Shown here: piece by piece, positions 8,432 through 16,683 of the stretch | How the letters are laid out: the number at the start of each line of letters is the position of its first letter | Position numbering within the stretch: the stretch's first letter is position 1 | DNA from: Candidatus Methanophagaceae archaeon | Lineage (GTDB): Archaea > Halobacteriota > Syntropharchaeia > Alkanophagales > Methanospirareceae | Assembly (NCBI GenBank): GCA_003194425.1 | Contig: PQXB01000001.1 | Coordinates: 400,444-432,443 of the forward strand | Reading direction: 5' to 3' | DNA: 32,000 nucleotides | Made by a program: the position numbers and the translations under genes | Notes under the pieces: generated by a model | Told to the model about the DNA's origin: nothing | Database searches by the model: none | Seen by the model: the letters and a program-made list of their open reading frames with translations, nothing else

Positions 8432-9721
8432 ATGGGCAGGCTGCACAATTTGGTTGTCGCAGGCAGGGTTGTAAATCCCGAGTGGGTGAGCGAGTGCGAG
8501 GCTCAAATAGGCATCGACGACGGAAAAATTACAGCAGTAAAAAAGCAGGGCTTGCGAGGCGAGAGAAGAGTAGAAGCGGCGGCGGGGTGTCTGATTTTCC
8601 CGGGGTTCATTGACCTTCACGTTCACTTGCGGGAGGACAGCAGCCACGAGTGGGACTACAAAGAAGACTTTATGACAGGCACCGCGGCTGCAGTTCACGG
8701 CGGCGTGACTACTGTCGTGGATATGCCAAACACCCCGCTGCCTGGCGTAAATTCGGAGCGAATCAGAGCGAAGCACGAACTTGCACGCAGAAAGTCGGAC
8801 GGGCAGGCGCGGATTGACATTTTTTTCTACGGCGCCGTAACGGAGTCTAACTTGAATTTAAACGCCGTTGCCGAGATGCAGGACGAGGTGGTAGCTTACA
8901 AAATATTCCTCGCAGAAACTACAGGAGGGTTGAAGATTCGAGAGGAGACGCTGCCAAAAGCGTTTGAGGCGGTGGCTGCGACCTCAAAGCCTGCTACAAT
9001 TCACTGCGACGAGTCGGAGTTGTCCGCGGTAGAGCGGGTCTTGTCCGCTGCCTCACAAACTGCCTCACAAACTGCCTCACAAACTGCCTCACAAACTGCC
9101 TCACAAAGCGGGGCAAAAATTAACTTGGCACACGTCTCCGCCTACGAGAGTCTGCGTCTTTTAAAGTGGTTCAAAAGCAAAAGCAAAAATTTTTACTGCG
9201 AGGTCACGCCACACCACCTCTTTTTTAACGAGACCGACGCGTTGGAGAAAGGGGCGTTTTTAAAGATGAACCCGCGGTTGAGAAGCGAGGAGAACAGGCG
9301 GTTGCTGCTGAACGCGTTTAAGAACGGCGAAATTGATTTTCTGGCTACCGACCACGCACCGCACACGAAGGAGGAGAAAGCAGGTTCAGGCTCTGGCTCG
9401 GAAGCCTCTGCACCCGCGGGCGTTCCGAATTTAGACACCTACGGCAACTTCGTGGCTTGGCTGATTCTGCGTTGCGGGGTCAGTCCAAAGCTCATTTCGA
9501 GAGTCTGCTCCTCCAACCCCGCAAGGTTCTTGGGTCTGACCGACCGGGGGCGAGTAGAAGTAGGGAAGCGTGCGAACTTGACGGTTTTAGATTTGCAGAA
9601 GTCGGTAAAAATCCGCAGCGACGACCTGCAGACAAAGTGCGGGTGGTCGCCGTTCGAGGGCTACGAGTTCCCCGGGGCAGTGAAGCACACGATTTTTAAC
9701 GGCGTGGTTTTAGAGCCTTAA
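8432..9721 (+). CDS. pyrC: Dihydroorotase (cyclic amidohydrolase family)
   Basis: FPGFIDLHVHLRE (HxH), VVDMPNT, YKIFLAETTGG (carbamyl-Lys context), ATDHAPH. ATG 8432 is chosen; the 106 upstream codons of track ORF 8114 are antisense to the Sm gene and low-complexity. Carries an in-frame (ASQT)x5 repeat. Confidence 0.8.
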   Translation: MGRLHNLVVAGRVVNPEWVSECEAQIGIDDGKITAVKKQGLRGERRVEAAAGCLIFPGFIDLHVHLREDSSHEWDYKEDFMTGTAAAVHGGVTTVVDMPNTPLPGVNSERIRAKHELARRKSDGQARIDIFFYGAVTESNLNLNAVAEMQDEVVAYKIFLAETTGGLKIREETLPKAFEAVAATSKPATIHCDESELSAVERVLSAASQTASQTASQTASQTASQSGAKINLAHVSAYESLRLLKWFKSKSKNFYCEVTPHHLFFNETDALEKGAFLKMNPRLRSEENRRLLLNAFKNGEIDFLATDHAPHTKEEKAGSGSGSEASAPAGVPNLDTYGNFVAWLILRCGVSPKLISRVCSSNPARFLGLTDRGRVEVGKRANLTVLDLQKSVKIRSDDLQTKCGWSPFEGYEFPGAVKHTIFNGVVLEP

Positions 9722-11350
9722 ACTTAAAACCTTCGGAATATTTTCCACAACGTCAGTAGCAAGCAGCCCGTAGCCCTTCTGCTCAAAAGCGAGGTCGCCC
9801 GCAGCGCCGTTCACGAACGCAGCGGCGGTTGCTGCTTTGAAACCCTCGACGGAGGGGACTGCAAAGAACGCTCCAACCAGCCCTGCCAGAACGTCCCCTG
9901 TCCCACCGACCGTCATTCCTGCGTTCCCTGTTCGGTTCAGTTTCACACGAACGCCGTCTGAAATAATGTCGGTAGCACCCTTCAACAAAGTAACCACCCC
10001 GTTTGCCGCCGAAAAATCCTTCACAAATTCTTCCGCCTCCGCCTTTGTCTCTGTCTCTCTTTTTCTCGGAATCTTCGCGAACTCGCCTGCGTGCGGCGTT
10101 AAGACAACAGATTTCTCCTCTCCTTCCACTCGCTCCCCTCGCTCCCCTCGCTCCCCTCGCTCCGTCTCAATTGGCAGACGCAGTCCGTAGAAGCCGTCTG
10201 CGTCCACTACCACTCTCCTGCTCGCTTCGTCCTCAATTATTCTCCGCACCGCCGTCTTCGTCTCTTCCGCCGCACCCAGCCCCATTCCAATCACGAGTAC
10301 GTCGTGCCGCCTCACCAAATCCAAGACCTCCGGCACGTCCTCTTCTACTAAAATCCCTGCCCCCGCACCTGCAGAAAGCGGCTGCACAATCAAATTAGGC
10401 GAGAACGAGGCGAGGACTGAAGAGACGCTCTTGGGCGCTGCTACCGTCACCCAGTCCGCACCAGCACGGAGCGAGGCAAGAGCGGTCAAAACAGGAGCGC
10501 CAAAAAACGCTCCCCCGCCAACTACTAACACTCGCCCGTTCTCGCCTTTGTGACTGCTCGGTCTTCTTTTTCCTCGCCCTCCTCCCTCCAACACCTGCCG
10601 CAGATCCCCCGGACCCGCCAACCTCTCCAGCCCCTCCGGAATCCCAATTCCCGCAACCACCAACTCTCCTACCCACTCCTTAACACTGCTTTTAAGCAAG
10701 CCCTTCTTGGCGCGGTGGAAGGTAACCGTGAGGTCTGCCCTCACCGCTTTCTCTGGCTCGCCGCTGCCGACGACGCCCGTCTCCGCGTCCAGCCCCGAAG
10801 GGACGTCCACCGAGACAACGAACGCACCTGCGTCTGCTTTTGCAGAATTTACCAAGTCAATCGCAGTCGCCTCCGGCTCTCTTACTCGCCCTCGCACGCC
10901 CGTCCCGAAAATCGCGTCTACAACCACCTCCGCGTTGAGCCCCCCCGAAAGTTCCGAAGAATCCGTTATTTCTACTACCTCGCACCCGCTCTCTTTCAAG
11001 ATTCGGAAGTTCCTCCTCGCCTCCTCCGTCCTCAAGTCTCTTGACCGCCCGAGTAAAATCACCCGCACCTCAAACTCGTGCCGCAAGCCGTGCTCGTCCC
11101 CCTGCAAGTGCCTCGCAGCCACAAAACCGTCCCCGCCGTTGTTCCCCTTTCCTGCAATTATCGTAACTCTTTTTTTTACACCCGCAGCACCACCAACAGC
11201 ACCAAATCTCGCCTTCACCTCTCTCGCGAGAGCAGCACCCGCGTTCTCCATTAATTGCAGAGCAGAGAGCCCGAAGAAACCGCAGTTCTCGTCCAACGCC
11301 GCCCCCTCCTCCGCAGTTATTCCTCCTTCTTCTCCTTCTTCTTTTACCAC
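9710..11350 (-). CDS. nnr: Bifunctional NAD(P)H-hydrate repair enzyme (epimerase + ADP-dependent dehydratase)
   Basis: N-terminal YjeF_N motif IIAGKGNNGGDGFVAARHL. C-terminal kinase-fold half has HKGENGRVLVVGGG and GGTGDVLAG. In-frame ERGERGERGER insertion. Confidence 0.85.
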   Translation of the reverse strand: MVKEEGEEGGITAEEGAALDENCGFFGLSALQLMENAGAALAREVKARFGAVGGAAGVKKRVTIIAGKGNNGGDGFVAARHLQGDEHGLRHEFEVRVILLGRSRDLRTEEARRNFRILKESGCEVVEITDSSELSGGLNAEVVVDAIFGTGVRGRVREPEATAIDLVNSAKADAGAFVVSVDVPSGLDAETGVVGSGEPEKAVRADLTVTFHRAKKGLLKSSVKEWVGELVVAGIGIPEGLERLAGPGDLRQVLEGGGRGKRRPSSHKGENGRVLVVGGGAFFGAPVLTALASLRAGADWVTVAAPKSVSSVLASFSPNLIVQPLSAGAGAGILVEEDVPEVLDLVRRHDVLVIGMGLGAAEETKTAVRRIIEDEASRRVVVDADGFYGLRLPIETERGERGERGERVEGEEKSVVLTPHAGEFAKIPRKRETETKAEAEEFVKDFSAANGVVTLLKGATDIISDGVRVKLNRTGNAGMTVGGTGDVLAGLVGAFFAVPSVEGFKAATAAAFVNGAAGDLAFEQKGYGLLATDVVENIPKVLSLRL

Positions 11351-11440
11351 TTCTTCTTCTCCTTCTTCTTCTACCCCTTCGTTTTTTTATTTTTATTTTC
11401 TGATTTTTTTTGCAATAAAAGCAGTACAACAAAACAAAAA

Positions 11441-12322
11441 ATGGAAGATACAAACATCGTGGCATTAAAAAAGAAGAAGAAGAGATTGTGGTGTCTCTCT
11501 ACGGTTATCGGAAGCAGTCTTGCAGCTATTTCGTATTACTTTAAGTTAGAGTTTGTCGCTCCCTACGACGCGTACATTTTAGCAGTCATCGCTGCATTTG
11601 TGCCTCCTGCGTTTTATTTTTACGGTGAGTCGAGAAGGATAAAGAAAGCGGAGAAGGCTTTTCCAGACCTGCTTACTAACCTTGCACAAGCAAAGAGAAC
11701 AGGGCTGCCACTGATTGAAGCGGTTAAACTCACAGCCTCGACAGAAGGAGAGTATGGGGTGCTTACAGAGGGAATAAAAACAATCTCCAGACAGCTGAAG
11801 TGGGGTGTTCCTTTTGAAGAGGGGTTGAGGGGATTTGCAAAGAAATATCCTAATTCGCAGATGATAAAACGGTCTATTGAACTCATCATAGAAGGATACA
11901 GGTCGGGCGGCGAGGTAGGAAAAGTTCTTCAAATTGCTGCAGACGATGTTTCGGAGTTGAAGGAGTTAGAAGAGAAGAGAATAGCGGATATGGGACTTTA
12001 TGTAGGAATATGCTACATCACTTTTCTTGTATTCCTGGGCGTTTTATTGGTCTTATACACCAACTACATTCCTGTAATGGTGGAAGCAGGGAAGAAAGTG
12101 GCGGAAACTGGCACAAGTAGAGGCGGGACAATGATTTATCAAGTGGATGTCAATAAATTGAAGATGATTTTATTTCATTGCGCGATCATTGAAGGGTTCT
12201 GCTCGGGATTTATGGCAGGTAAATTAGGAGAAGGGAAGGTCATTGCAGGATTGAAGCATGTTGTAATTTTTACTTCACTCGCGTTTGCGGCGTTCGGTGT
12301 GATTACTTACGCACAACTTTAG
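11441..12322 (+). CDS. Type IV pilus/Tad platform protein, single T2SS-F domain (TadC/FlaJ/PilC-like)
   Basis: AFPDLLTNLAQAKRTGLPLIEAVKLTA...GIKTISRQLKWGVPFEEGL is the T2SS-F domain pattern. Two TM helices lie before it and three after. ATG 11441 is chosen; the track N-terminal 62 codons are polypyrimidine F/S-rich and antisense to the nnr 5' end. Confidence 0.75.
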   Translation: MEDTNIVALKKKKKRLWCLSTVIGSSLAAISYYFKLEFVAPYDAYILAVIAAFVPPAFYFYGESRRIKKAEKAFPDLLTNLAQAKRTGLPLIEAVKLTASTEGEYGVLTEGIKTISRQLKWGVPFEEGLRGFAKKYPNSQMIKRSIELIIEGYRSGGEVGKVLQIAADDVSELKELEEKRIADMGLYVGICYITFLVFLGVLLVLYTNYIPVMVEAGKKVAETGTSRGGTMIYQVDVNKLKMILFHCAIIEGFCSGFMAGKLGEGKVIAGLKHVVIFTSLAFAAFGVITYAQL

Positions 12323-12347
12323 CTCCCACAACCACTCCTACATTTTC

Positions 12348-14525
12348 TTAAATATTTACTTTAATTGTGCTCTTTTTTAGAGTTAGTCTGACGCCTCTTC
12401 CGTTTCCGTAGAGGTTGAGTGTCACTCGTTTAGTAGCGGAAGAGGGTCCAGCGTAAGCGGAGTTAGTAGAGAGGTTGTAAAAAGAGGAGTTTAGTTCGGA
12501 GTTTTGGAGTTCCCGCTCGAACCGCCGTTTCCAAATTTCAGGGTGGTCTGTCGAGAGAGAGAGCGTTAGATTTTCGTAGTTTAAGTTCTCCGCAATCACT
12601 GCAGACCCTTCGAAAGAAGCACCCACCGAGACGGTCGTTGAGCCAGAGTAAGAGAACTCAGAACCATTTAGATTTATCAGGGAAATCTTTACTACGGGCG
12701 TGCCCCCAGTCGCGTTATCCTTGCTAATTTCAATGTTGGGCAGAGAAGAGCGGTCGTAGGGGTAAAGAATAAAACCGCCTCTGCGTTGGGATTTAACCAC
12801 CGTGCCGTGCTCGTAGGCGATTTCTTGGTTGGGGTAGAAGAGGTAGCCGGTTTTGAATTTGACGGTGCCTGACGAGTTTCCTATGAGGATGGGCGAAGTT
12901 GCGGATCTGTAATGGATTTTGACCCAGTGCAGAACCGGGGTCGTAGCGGGGTCGTCGGTGTGTAACTTTACGCAGTACTGAATGTAGCGGTGGCCGTCGG
13001 AGGCAGAGCGCAAACTGGAAATGTCAGTTCCGTTTGCGACCGCAGGGCAATTCACCCAAGGCGGGGCATCCCTCATATCAGAGTGCCAGTCTGTCCGCAC
13101 TTTCAAAACGAGGCTCTGCCCCTTCTCTTCATTTACTGTACCGTTCCACAGGATTTTGCCGTAGCAAGTGCTGCTGCTTCCGGTGTCGTAAAAGTCAGAA
13201 ACGAACCAGCCGTCCTGGTAGTGCAGAATTGAGGAGGTGTAGTTTCTTTGGTCTACGTAAATCCCGGCGGCTCCTCCTTCCCCGCCTTCCTGACCTGTTG
13301 CGTCTTCTCCCTCTTCTGCTCTTTTGTTACTCGGTAGCTGTGCAGAGTCGTTGTAGAAGATTTTTATTCTTCCTCCTGCTCCTCCTCCACCGCCTAAACC
13401 AGTTTTTCCTCCAGGTTTAAAACCTCCTGCCCCTCCAGCACCGCCGTTTGCTGTTAGCACTGCTGAATCTGAAAAAATAGAAACATTTTTCCCGCGAATC
13501 AGAATGCTGCCCCCACTGCCGCCACCTCCTCCTCCTCCTCCTTTATCAAAAGTAGACCCTTCGCCATCTAGACCACGGCTACCGTTAGCCGAGACGGTGC
13601 CAGAAATATTTACTCTCTCCGCCTCTAACCAGACCGCCCCGCCACCGTCCCCGCCTGCTCCTCCGCTTGCCCCTGCGAAGAATCCTTCTCCTGCTCCGCC
13701 TCCTCCACCGCCTGAACCTAAGTCAAAGGACAAGGAGGGGTCAGAGCCGTAAGAAATTCCACTTGAACCGGAGTTGTTGCCGCCGTCACCACCGCGCGCG
13801 CCGTAGCCTGCGCCACCGCCACCGTTGCCGAAAGAGCCTGGACTGCCGTAGCCCTGCCCACTACCTGTTTTACTTCCTCCTCCTCCCTTGTAACCTCTCC
13901 CGTCCGCGATTATTCTTGATTTATTGTCTATGGAAATGCTCTTTGCGATGATTTTCAAGCGGTTGAAGGAGACTTTCACAGTGCTGTTCTTTAATTTAAC
14001 CCAGTCGTAGTACTTCTCGCCTTCTAACCACCAGTTAGGTTCGTCTACTAAATCCAGGACCTCTTCGTGGAGGATTGAAAGTTTCAGCTCGTTAGCGCTG
14101 GTTTCTACGCAGTGAGAAGTGCCGTTAAATTCCGGCTGCTCCCACATTCCAACAGTTCCAGCTGGGAAAACTTCTTCAGTCGGGACGCTGACATTGAATA
14201 TTGAGGCGTTCGGAGAGAAGACGACAGACGAGCCGGGCGGGGATAAACCAATGATGGGAATTCTGTCGGGCGACATTTTTATGGGCGTCGTTCCTGCTCC
14301 TCCTTCTCCTTGCTCGCCTGCTAACACCACTCCGTCAATCAGCGATTTCCAGTCTGAAAACGCGTCTACGACCTCAGCAGTGTGCCTGGCTTCAAAGTCC
14401 TTTGTCCAGACCGGGATTTGAGAGGAGAAATAAATGGCTGTTGCAGAAATGGCAATGCCCAGCAGTAGGACGACCCCGATAACGACCGATTGTGCGTCTT
14501 TGGCGCGCCGAAAGTCTTTTCTCAT
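12348..14525 (-). CDS. Pilin-signal (class III-like) extracellular protein with polyglycine beta-helix-like core
   Basis: The N-terminus RRAKDAQSVVIGVVLLLGIAISATAIYF resembles archaeal prepilin signals (charged leader, small residue, Q/S, hydrophobic helix). The central ~200 aa has G-runs alternating with short beta-like segments (AVWLEAERVNISGTVSANG; SILIRGKNVSIFSDSAVLTANG; RIKIFYND). Many N-x-S/T sequons. Starts 33 nt downstream of the FG-GAP gene. Confidence 0.65.
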   Translation of the reverse strand: MRKDFRRAKDAQSVVIGVVLLLGIAISATAIYFSSQIPVWTKDFEARHTAEVVDAFSDWKSLIDGVVLAGEQGEGGAGTTPIKMSPDRIPIIGLSPPGSSVVFSPNASIFNVSVPTEEVFPAGTVGMWEQPEFNGTSHCVETSANELKLSILHEEVLDLVDEPNWWLEGEKYYDWVKLKNSTVKVSFNRLKIIAKSISIDNKSRIIADGRGYKGGGGSKTGSGQGYGSPGSFGNGGGGAGYGARGGDGGNNSGSSGISYGSDPSLSFDLGSGGGGGGAGEGFFAGASGGAGGDGGGAVWLEAERVNISGTVSANGSRGLDGEGSTFDKGGGGGGGGSGGSILIRGKNVSIFSDSAVLTANGGAGGAGGFKPGGKTGLGGGGGAGGRIKIFYNDSAQLPSNKRAEEGEDATGQEGGEGGAAGIYVDQRNYTSSILHYQDGWFVSDFYDTGSSSTCYGKILWNGTVNEEKGQSLVLKVRTDWHSDMRDAPPWVNCPAVANGTDISSLRSASDGHRYIQYCVKLHTDDPATTPVLHWVKIHYRSATSPILIGNSSGTVKFKTGYLFYPNQEIAYEHGTVVKSQRRGGFILYPYDRSSLPNIEISKDNATGGTPVVKISLINLNGSEFSYSGSTTVSVGASFEGSAVIAENLNYENLTLSLSTDHPEIWKRRFERELQNSELNSSFYNLSTNSAYAGPSSATKRVTLNLYGNGRGVRLTLKKSTIKVNI

Positions 14526-14558
14526 TTTTACTTCTTCTCTTCAGTCTACTCAGTCTGC

Positions 14559-16361
14559 TCACTTCAGTTTGCAGCGGGCAGCCAAGAAACGAATGTAGAA
14601 GGTTAGGGCGAGGAGCAGAAGAACTGCAACGAGTGGGAACGCGACTGCCGGGAACGCAGGCACGGGTGCTATTCTCAGACTGCTGTCAATCGGATCGCCC
14701 TCGTCCCAGCGCCCGTTTTGGTTCGTGTCAACAACGATGTTGTAGTCGCCAGCGCGAAGCGGGGACGACCAAATGCTTACAGCCGGCCAAATTCCGCCCC
14801 AAAGTCCGCCCGAAGAGTTGGTGGCCGCCAGTTCCGCGGTTCCGTTCTCAGAAACATCTGTGAGCAGGTCTCCTGCCTTCCACTCTTCTTTGGGCTTGTG
14901 AGAGACGACAAAGATTTTTACGGTCGTGCTGGCAGGCAGGTTCCCGGCGTAACAGTAGACAGATTCGCTGGTCTTGAAAATGTTCTTCTCGGTTCCTGCG
15001 TCGTCTGAAGAATTGACGAAGGTTGGTTTTCCGAGCAGTAGGTAGACTTTCCCCGCCCAGTTTCCCCTCTCGGAATTAAAAGGAGCGGCGATTAAAAAGT
15101 CGTCAGCGTAGTCGCCGTTGCAGTCGCCTGCACCTGAAACTGACCAGCCAGAACAGTTGCCTTTACCGTCGCCAAGTAAGAAAGCGTCTGCGTCTGTTGC
15201 GAGCGGTGTGTTCTGTCTCCAGCCCGTGCTCTTGCCCAAAATTAAGTACACCTGCCCTGCTAAACCTCCAGCGTCAGAATTAAAAGGAGCACCGATCAAG
15301 AAGTCGTCGAAGCCGTCACTGTTGCAGTCCCCCGCTCCGGAGACCGAGTAACCAGCACCGTCGTTAGTACTTTCGCCCACGAAAGAGGCGCTGGCATTTG
15401 AAAGGTTTTCGTCCCACCAGCCCGTGTTGTTACCAAGAATCAGGTACGCTTTTCCTACTTTACCTCCACCCTTAGGAGCACCGATCAAGAAGTCGTCGAA
15501 GCCGTCACTGTTGCAGTCGCCTGTACCTGAAACAGACCACCCAGCACCGTCGTTAGTACTTTCGCCCACGAAAGAGGCGCTGGCATTTGAAAGGTTTTCG
15601 TCCCACCAGCCCGTGCGGTTACCAAGAATCAGGTACACCTTTCCTTTACTACTGCCGTGACTAGGAGCACCGATCAAGAAGTCGTCGCAGTCGTCGCCGT
15701 CAACATCGCCCGCTCCGGAGACCGAGTAACCAGCCTCGTCGTTAGTACTTTCGCCAAGGAAGGAAGCGTCAGCGGTTGAAAGCGGTGTGTCCTGTCTCCA
15801 GCCCGTTTCCTTTCCCAAAATCAGGTAGACTTTTCCCGCCTTACTACCTTTTTCATTGTTGTAGCAGTCGCCGATCAAGAAGTCGTCGAAGCCGTCACTG
15901 TTGCAGTCCCCCGCTCCGGAGACCGAGTAACCAGCAAGGTCACCCGCGGGTTCACCTACGAAAGAGGCGCTGGCATTTGAAAGGTTCTTCTCCCACCTGC
16001 CTGCGCTGTTACCAAAAATCAGGTACACCTTTCCTTTACCAGGACCACCGTCGCCAGGAGCGCCGATCAAGAAGTCGTCGTAGCCGTCGCCGTTAACATC
16101 TCCCACACCTGAGACGGAGTTACCTGCAACATCGCCTGCTCCCTCTCCCAAGAAGAAGGCGTCTGCAGCGCTTGAAAGGTTTTTGTTAGGCTCCCAGGCA
16201 GAGGCGTTCGAAATTACGAAACCTAACACTAACAAACCCAACACCAAATTAAGCCCTCTCGCTCTTACGCTTCTCTCTTTTGCTTCAGCCCTTACAGACT
16301 TTTTGTCGCCCTTTTCCCGCACTTCCCCTCTTCCCCTACCCCTCTTCCTCTTTTCTCCCAT
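14559..16361 (-). CDS. FG-GAP/integrin-alpha-type beta-propeller surface protein with C-terminal anchor
   Basis: At least six repeats of G[DY]SVSGAGD[VC]N[GS]DG[FY]DDFLIGAP...GKVYLI[LF]G. N-terminal signal-like helix LNLVLGLLVLGFVISNASA. C-terminal Ig-like module, then RIAPVPAFPAVAFPLVAVLLLLALTFYIRF. Confidence 0.85.
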   Translation of the reverse strand: MGEKRKRGRGRGEVREKGDKKSVRAEAKERSVRARGLNLVLGLLVLGFVISNASAWEPNKNLSSAADAFFLGEGAGDVAGNSVSGVGDVNGDGYDDFLIGAPGDGGPGKGKVYLIFGNSAGRWEKNLSNASASFVGEPAGDLAGYSVSGAGDCNSDGFDDFLIGDCYNNEKGSKAGKVYLILGKETGWRQDTPLSTADASFLGESTNDEAGYSVSGAGDVDGDDCDDFLIGAPSHGSSKGKVYLILGNRTGWWDENLSNASASFVGESTNDGAGWSVSGTGDCNSDGFDDFLIGAPKGGGKVGKAYLILGNNTGWWDENLSNASASFVGESTNDGAGYSVSGAGDCNSDGFDDFLIGAPFNSDAGGLAGQVYLILGKSTGWRQNTPLATDADAFLLGDGKGNCSGWSVSGAGDCNGDYADDFLIAAPFNSERGNWAGKVYLLLGKPTFVNSSDDAGTEKNIFKTSESVYCYAGNLPASTTVKIFVVSHKPKEEWKAGDLLTDVSENGTAELAATNSSGGLWGGIWPAVSIWSSPLRAGDYNIVVDTNQNGRWDEGDPIDSSLRIAPVPAFPAVAFPLVAVLLLLALTFYIRFLAARCKLK

Positions 16362-16373
16362 TTTCTTTTCTCC

Positions 16374-16453
16374 CTTTTCTTTCTCAACACTTAACGCAGC
16401 AACAATTTACACACTTTTCTTTCTCAACACTTAACGCAGCAACAATTTACACA
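16374..16453. repeat. Perfect 40-nt tandem direct repeat in the divergent control region
   Basis: cttttctttctcaacacttaacgcagcaacaatttacaca occurs at 16374-16413 and again at 16414-16453. An AT-rich TATA-like run (atatttatattattataaag) follows immediately. Confidence 0.9.
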
Positions 16454-16662
16454 TATTTATATTATTATAAAGTTTATAAAGAATTTGAAAAGCATAAAAA
16501 AATGGCAGTGAGTGAGCAGCACACCGAACCAAGGCAGAGAAAATGCGAACTAAAAGAGATGTAAAATGGGGAAAGTAGGAAGAAATGGAGAAAGTAGGAA
16601 GACTTGGAAGACGCAGGCGACACAAGCGACGCAGCAAAATAAAATGCTTTTTAAAAAAAATT

Positions 16663-16670
16663 AGGAGGTG
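16663..16670 (+). promoter_or_regulatory. Shine-Dalgarno-like site for pilin gene 1
   Basis: aggaggtg lies 13 nt upstream of ATG 16684, preceded by an ttaaaaaaaa A/T run. Confidence 0.5.
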
Positions 16671-16683
16671 AAAACGAAAAAAA

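Noticed and set aside
7554-8474. Large antisense shadow ORFs: 7554..8474, 952..1782, 28456..29394, 28745..29392, 10707..11468, 10550..11044, 18058..18708, 13504..13752 and 30086..30625.
   Set aside because: Each lies fully opposite or out of frame to a gene with strong family motifs (metG, ahbD, tgtA, nnr, ftsZ, the Gly-rich protein, pheA). Each also has skewed P/R/S/L-rich composition typical of non-coding frames in GC-rich or purine-skewed DNA.
11255-11440. N-terminal 62-codon extension of the TadC-like ORF.
   Set aside because: It is encoded by a polypyrimidine tract (FFSFFFYHFFFSFFFYPFVFLF). That tract is the antisense of the nnr 5' end and its purine leader. ATG 11441 follows an A-rich leader.
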